This document shows, piece by piece, positions 58,877-64,000 of a stretch of 64,000 nt of DNA (its first letter is position 1; each line of letters begins with the position of its first letter). The stretch comes from a virus, in the IMG/VR virus record IMGVR_UViG_3300023174_000082, positions 52,951 through 116,950 of that record. The stretch is one strand, 5' to 3'. The position numbers and the translations under genes are program-made. Below the pieces are notes generated by a model. It ran no database searches. It had not been told where the DNA came from and saw only the letters and a program-made list of their open reading frames with translations.

Positions 58877-59829
58877 AAAAAGTTTTAGTTTGTGGTGCCG
58901 GGGGATTTATTGGCACACACCTAGTAAGAAGTTTAAGGGCTCAAGGGCACTATGTGATTGGTGCTGATCTAAGATACCCAGAATTTGGGCCGCATGAATG
59001 CCACGAATTTTACCAGTATGATTTAAGGAATCAACGTCGAGTGACCAGTTTGATTACAAATGAAATAGATGAGATATATCAGTTAGCAGCAGACATGGGC
59101 GGTGCAGGATACATTTTTTCCGGGGCCAACGATGCTGAAATCTTACACAACAGTGCCTTGATCAATCTCAACATTCTGCATGAGATGACTTTTAAACGCT
59201 GTAAAAAGATTTTTTATAGTTCTAGTGCTTGTATATATCCTGCACACAATCAGGTTGATCCCAACAACCCCAACTGTGAAGAAGCCAGTGCATATCCAGC
59301 CAATCCAGACAGTGAGTATGGGTGGGAAAAATTGTTTAGTGAACATCTCTACGCCAGCTTTGCTCGCAATCACGGATTTGACGTTAGAATAGCTAGACTG
59401 CATAATGTGTTTGGTCCTGACAGCGCCTGGCAAGGTGGCAGAGAAAAAGCACCAGCGGCATTGTGTCGCAAAGTTGCTGAAAGTGAAAATGGCATTGTTG
59501 AAGTATGGGGCCCGGGCACACAAACTCGCAGTTTTTTATGGATTGAAGAATGCATCGAAGGCATACATCGGCTGATGGCCAGCAGTCATACCCAACCTGT
59601 AAACATTGGCAGTGATCGAATGATATCAATCAATGACTTGGTAAACTTGATAGCCACTGTGGTCAACAAACCAGTCGCAATACAAAACATACCTGGACCA
59701 CTAGGAGTAATGGGGCGCAACAGTGACAACACCTTGATTGAGTCGGTGCTGGGGTGGAAACCACAAGATCGTTTGGAGCATGGCATAACCCAATTGTATC
59801 TATGGATACAACAACAACGCAATAAGTAA
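58873..59829 (+). CDS. NAD-dependent epimerase, GDP-mannose 3,5-epimerase-like
   Basis: GAGGFIG, QLAADMGGAGYI, SSACIYP, YGWEK, REKAPAALCRK and WG.G.QTRSF. Confidence 0.9.
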   Translation: MKKVLVCGAGGFIGTHLVRSLRAQGHYVIGADLRYPEFGPHECHEFYQYDLRNQRRVTSLITNEIDEIYQLAADMGGAGYIFSGANDAEILHNSALINLNILHEMTFKRCKKIFYSSSACIYPAHNQVDPNNPNCEEASAYPANPDSEYGWEKLFSEHLYASFARNHGFDVRIARLHNVFGPDSAWQGGREKAPAALCRKVAESENGIVEVWGPGTQTRSFLWIEECIEGIHRLMASSHTQPVNIGSDRMISINDLVNLIATVVNKPVAIQNIPGPLGVMGRNSDNTLIESVLGWKPQDRLEHGITQLYLWIQQQRNK

Positions 59830-59833
59830 TTGT

Positions 59834-61420
59834 ATGATTGGAATGAAATCAAATAATCTAGAAACAGTGCTGGTCAAAGCACCACATAGGGTTGAAACAT
59901 ACACTGAACAAGAACTCACGGAGTTTGCGCTGTGTGCAGATCCTGTCACAGGACCGCTGTATTTCATGGATAACTTTTTCTTTATCCAGCATCCCACACG
60001 CGGCAAGATGTTGTATCATCCTTTTGACTATCAAAAGCGACTGATCCATACCTATCACAACTATAGATATTCAATATCCTTGATGCCTCGACAAACAGGC
60101 AAGTCCACATCAGCTGCTGGATACCTGCTGTGGTATGCAATGTTTGTGCCAGATTCCACAATTCTCATTGCCGCACACAAATACACAGGCGCACAAGAGA
60201 TCATGCAACGTATAAGATATGCTTATGAGTTGTGCCCCAATCACATACGAGCAGGTGCTACCTCTTACAACAAAGGGTCAGTGGAGTTTGAAAACGGATC
60301 GCGTATTGTCAGTCAAACCACAACAGAAACAACCGGCCGGGGTATGTCAATATCCTTGCTGTACGCTGACGAATTTGCGTTTGTGCGACCCACAATTGCC
60401 AAAGAGTTTTGGACTTCAATTTCGCCTACTTTGGCCACTGGTGGTAAAGCAATTATCACAAGCACTCCCAACTCGGACGAGGACCAGTTTGCGTTCTTGT
60501 GGAAAGGTGCAAACAAAACAGAAGATGAACATGGCAACACCACAGAACTAGGTATCAACGGATTCCGTGCCTTTCGCAGTTTCTGGCGCGAGCACCCTGA
60601 TCGTGGAGATCAATGGGGTGCAGAACAACTGGCTCAGCTGGGCGAAGAACGTTTTCGCAGAGAAATGGATTGCGAATTTGTTATCAATGACGAAACACTA
60701 ATAGCACCTATCAAGCTGATGGATCTTGAAGGAACAGAACCCATGCACAGAACTGGACAGGTGCGCTGGTACAAGACTCCCACTAAAGATGGCATGTATG
60801 TGGTAGCACTAGATCCCAGCTTGGGCACAGGTGGCGATCCTGCTGCCATACAAGTATTTGATGCTAGAACTACAGATCAGATTGCTGAATGGCGCCACAA
60901 CAAAACTGACATTCCCACACAAATTAGAATTCTTGCAGATATTATAAAAGAACTGCATGGGGTAGTGAAAGACGAAAAAAGCATTTACTATTCAGTAGAA
61001 AACAACACCATTGGTGAAGCGGCCCTGATCAGTATTGCTGAATACGGTGAAGAAAATATTCCAGGATATTTTTTAAGCGACAATTCAGTAACAGGCACAA
61101 CAGGTCGACGATTCCGCAAGGGCTTTAACACCACAAACAAAAGCAAAATAACAGCCTGCAACAAGTTCAAAATTCTAGTGGAATCTGGGCGTATGAAAAT
61201 TAACTCAAGACCCCTGGTTAGTGAACTCAAAACGTTTGTGGCCATGGGCACCAGTTATGCTGCCAAGCCGGGCGAAACAGACGATTTGGTCATGGCCAGT
61301 CTGCTGGCTGTACGAATGCTGTTAATGCTACAAACTTACCACGCAGACCTGGACACACACCTAAAAGACCACGGAGATATGATTATTGAACCGTTTCCAT
61401 TCATATCAATGATGCGCTAA
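59834..61420 (+). CDS. gp17: Terminase large subunit
   Basis: PRQTGKS (Walker A), YADEFAF (Walker B), ITSTPN, LDPS.G.GGD and DDLVMA. Confidence 0.97.
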   Translation: MIGMKSNNLETVLVKAPHRVETYTEQELTEFALCADPVTGPLYFMDNFFFIQHPTRGKMLYHPFDYQKRLIHTYHNYRYSISLMPRQTGKSTSAAGYLLWYAMFVPDSTILIAAHKYTGAQEIMQRIRYAYELCPNHIRAGATSYNKGSVEFENGSRIVSQTTTETTGRGMSISLLYADEFAFVRPTIAKEFWTSISPTLATGGKAIITSTPNSDEDQFAFLWKGANKTEDEHGNTTELGINGFRAFRSFWREHPDRGDQWGAEQLAQLGEERFRREMDCEFVINDETLIAPIKLMDLEGTEPMHRTGQVRWYKTPTKDGMYVVALDPSLGTGGDPAAIQVFDARTTDQIAEWRHNKTDIPTQIRILADIIKELHGVVKDEKSIYYSVENNTIGEAALISIAEYGEENIPGYFLSDNSVTGTTGRRFRKGFNTTNKSKITACNKFKILVESGRMKINSRPLVSELKTFVAMGTSYAAKPGETDDLVMASLLAVRMLLMLQTYHADLDTHLKDHGDMIIEPFPFISMMR

Positions 61421-61430
61421 ATACACTACT

Positions 61431-63917
61431 ATGGCACAAGAAATCCAAATTGGCAATGATCTGTATGATCTGTTAAACACTCGTAATTTTGATGTGGATA
61501 TCACTGACGAGCGTGGGCAAGCAGCTGATCCTGCTGACGGCAAAGTTTTTAAGTTTAATTGGGTATCATCTAACGGCAACAACTACGGAACCGCAGTGAT
61601 TGTGGCCGGAGAAGACAACGAGCTCATGCTGTTTTATGGAGACAACCTTGGAAAAGGCATGGCGCCCGAAGACAAGGATGAATGGTTTGGGTTTATGAAA
61701 GAACTCAAAGACTTCAGCACTCGCCACAACTTTTATACGTTTAGCCCAAAAAACATCAATGCTCTCAAGCACACAATGACTGGCATGGCCGCCATCAAAG
61801 AAGGCCTATTTGAAGGCTACTATGGCACACGCCGTATCAGCTACATGGGCGAGCAAACTGACGCTAGACTGGTAATCAAACACAATCGCATGATTGGCAA
61901 AAACGACAAACGTTATCGTTACGTAGAAAGTTTGTTTATCGAAACTGCGGACGGTGAACGGTTCAAATTACCATTTGTCAAATTGGTTGGCGGCCGAGCC
62001 ATGTTAGAACATGTGCGCCAAGGCGGCAGACCCTACGATATTCGTGGACAACACATCACAGAAACTGTTAGTGAGATGGCAGTGCTGTCAAGATTCCGTA
62101 GAGCACAGCAAGGTCGCATGTTTGAAGGTGTCACACAGCAACTGGTTGAAAGCGCCAACCAATACTACGAAGCCTTACAAAGCAATTTAAAACACCTGGC
62201 CACTGGTCGCGGGTACACACATTATTTTGAATCTTGGACACCAGCAGACATTGGCGAACAAGAATCACTGGTAGAAGATCTACGCACCATGTTCATTGAA
62301 CAAACACTGGACACAAGAATTGAACAGGCCTTACCTACTTTGGCCAAAATACAACAACGAGGAACCGCTATGAAAGAAGCACAAATTTTTGAAAACTGGG
62401 TAAACGGTATCATGGAAGGCACCTGGGCATTGCCAGACACTCCAGAAGCACAGGAAAAACTCAATCAACTCATGACTGGAGAACTTATTGTTGGTCCAGA
62501 TGCCACCAACGCTACAGAACTGCTGTATGATGTGATAGGCGATGATCAATTGTTTGACATCCTTAATGACTTGGCTGAACGTAATCCGAGAGCTAACATT
62601 TGGGACGACTCAGATGTTCAAGCTAGATTGGCTGAATTAGGAATTCAAACACCACAGAGCTCCGAAGCTGAACCTGCTGATGTTGCACAAGACACTGCTC
62701 CTGAACAAACTGTAGCGGAGGCAATTCCGGCTGCTGGAGTAGATCCCAAAGCAACTCAACAGTATGCTCAACAAATTGTGCAGGCCTTGCAACAAGCAAC
62801 CGGTGCAACTGTAAAAGATTTTCCAAATCAAGACGGCACTGTTAAAATAGTAATAAACCCAGATCCTAACGACCGTACATATCCACCATCACGTGGATAT
62901 ATAGTTCCAACTGGTAATGACGGTGCAACAATGCAAAATATTACCAAAGCAATCAATCCATACTATAATACATTTAGACAAAAAGGTTGGAGATTTGATC
63001 AACCTGTAGGCGGTGCATTTACAATTGGTATTCCAACACAACAAGATGTGGCAGAAGATCAATTGGACGAGTTTGATATTGATGCACTAAATCAGTTGGC
63101 TAGTCATCCAGGAATTGGTGTAGCTGCAAGTGCTGGCGGTGCCGCACTTGGCGGATTAATTGGCAAAGGTATCGAAAAAACTGCAAACTATTTCCAAAAG
63201 AAAAAGCAAGACAAAGCATACGATAATATAAAAAAACAACAAGGTATGGCAGAAAACGCAGAACTAAACACCATGCTCAAATACGCTGGCGTGCCTGTAA
63301 AAGAAAGTGTGTTGACAGATTCAACTGGTCACACCATGGATCACATCATCAAACGTTTCACCAAAGAAGTTGCTAACTTTAAAGAAAACGGCGATTTGGA
63401 TGATGATCTCTATCATGCACTGTACGACTACTACTTTGATGACATGCCATATGGCACCAAAAAAGCCAGAGATGGTGATCCGTATGAGTGGGTGTCTGAT
63501 CGATTTTATGCTGATTTAGGATTAAGCGAAGGTTGGAAGGGCGAACTTGCTGGCGGAACATTAGGCGGTGTTGGCGGAACAGTTGCTGGATCTGCATTGG
63601 GCGCACTAGCAGGTGGACCAGTTGGTGCAGCGATAGGTGGTGTAGTAGGTGGCGCCGCAGGCGGCACAGGCGGTGCCATGCTAGGTCGCGAAATGACCAA
63701 AGAAAGCACTTGCAATCAAACTATGGAGGGCGAGTATTGCCCAGAACACGGCCTAGCCGAATGTGGCATGTATGAAATGGGCACAGTAGCTGGTAGCGTA
63801 GCACCAGTGATTGGGGAAGCACCACAGGACGCAATCAACTACAATGGCGCTGTTACAGGCAGCTACTACGAGTCAGACGAATTGGCAAGAATAAAAACAT
63901 TAGCTTTGCTCAAATGA
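61431..63917 (+). CDS. Large modular protein, putative internal head polyprotein
   Basis: Globular N-terminal half; C-terminal half made of segments bounded by x-x-E sites, with glycine zippers, a C..CPEHG...C motif and a terminal ELARIK.LA helix. TAAATA 7 nt before the ATG. Confidence 0.7.
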   Translation: MAQEIQIGNDLYDLLNTRNFDVDITDERGQAADPADGKVFKFNWVSSNGNNYGTAVIVAGEDNELMLFYGDNLGKGMAPEDKDEWFGFMKELKDFSTRHNFYTFSPKNINALKHTMTGMAAIKEGLFEGYYGTRRISYMGEQTDARLVIKHNRMIGKNDKRYRYVESLFIETADGERFKLPFVKLVGGRAMLEHVRQGGRPYDIRGQHITETVSEMAVLSRFRRAQQGRMFEGVTQQLVESANQYYEALQSNLKHLATGRGYTHYFESWTPADIGEQESLVEDLRTMFIEQTLDTRIEQALPTLAKIQQRGTAMKEAQIFENWVNGIMEGTWALPDTPEAQEKLNQLMTGELIVGPDATNATELLYDVIGDDQLFDILNDLAERNPRANIWDDSDVQARLAELGIQTPQSSEAEPADVAQDTAPEQTVAEAIPAAGVDPKATQQYAQQIVQALQQATGATVKDFPNQDGTVKIVINPDPNDRTYPPSRGYIVPTGNDGATMQNITKAINPYYNTFRQKGWRFDQPVGGAFTIGIPTQQDVAEDQLDEFDIDALNQLASHPGIGVAASAGGAALGGLIGKGIEKTANYFQKKKQDKAYDNIKKQQGMAENAELNTMLKYAGVPVKESVLTDSTGHTMDHIIKRFTKEVANFKENGDLDDDLYHALYDYYFDDMPYGTKKARDGDPYEWVSDRFYADLGLSEGWKGELAGGTLGGVGGTVAGSALGALAGGPVGAAIGGVVGGAAGGTGGAMLGREMTKESTCNQTMEGEYCPEHGLAECGMYEMGTVAGSVAPVIGEAPQDAINYNGAVTGSYYESDELARIKTLALLK

Positions 63918-63957
63918 TATAAATACACTTGACACCAAGGCAAATAGCGCATATACT
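63918..63957 (+). promoter_or_regulatory. Tandem late (TATAAATA) and sigma70 (TTGACA-17-TATACT) promoters
   Basis: TATAAATA at 63918-25, TTGACA at 63929-34, TATACT at 63952-57. Confidence 0.8.
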
Positions 63958-63978
63958 ACATGGTGTATGCGCTTTTTT
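63946..63978 (+). terminator. Rho-independent terminator overlapping the -10 box
   Basis: AGCGCATATAC/GTGTATGCGCT stem followed by a T-tract. Confidence 0.75.
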
Positions 63979-64000
63979 GTTTGTGCGTCACAGGCAACAA

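Noticed and set aside
42521-61420. Intein or intron in the long sheath or the terminase
   Set aside because: No splice-junction or LAGLIDADG motifs recognised. Terminase, portal and capsid are normal length and uninterrupted.
1-64000. Stop-codon reassignment, since the called gene ends I checked are TAA or TGA rather than TAG
   Set aside because: Standard-code ORFs tile the window with full-length core genes. No in-frame TAG/TGA interruptions and no suppressor tRNA were seen.

Overview
A densely coding 64-kb segment of a large T4-related (contractile-tailed) dsDNA phage genome, read in the standard code. It carries the morphogenesis core: tape measure, portal, prohead protease, scaffold, major capsid, neck gp13/gp14, gp15, sheath, tube, gp4, and small and large terminase. 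It also has an ~18-kb block of Gly/Asn/Thr-rich fibre-like genes, a small sigma70-driven early island, and many accessory genes: TPR-glycosyltransferase, Maf/GT42-like and GT10-like proteins, three twitch/SPASM radical-SAM enzymes, a 2OG-Fe(II) oxygenase, SGNH-like proteins, a GDP-sugar epimerase, Nudix, a DEDDh exonuclease, dNMP kinase and a secreted thermonuclease. Family calls come from motif recognition by eye, not database searches. The main leads are: (1) putative internal head polyproteins built from modules bounded by prohead-protease-type sites (Q-x-[VM]-A-E), with glycine-zipper cargo peptides, T4-like capsid-targeting N-termini and a scaffold-like LxxxAG[LIV] helix; (2) a possible phage-encoded virion glycosylation system next to fibres saturated with N-x-S/T sequons; (3) a coupled operon with a stand-alone ATE/Bpt-like aminoacyl-transferase domain; (4) an unannotated -1 frameshift in the gp26-like tail chaperone; (5) TAAATA late promoters that apparently give leaderless mRNAs or sit in RBS-sequestering hairpins; and (6) a structured 5' leader RNA. 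No tRNA, CRISPR array, integrase or reverse transcriptase was recognised.
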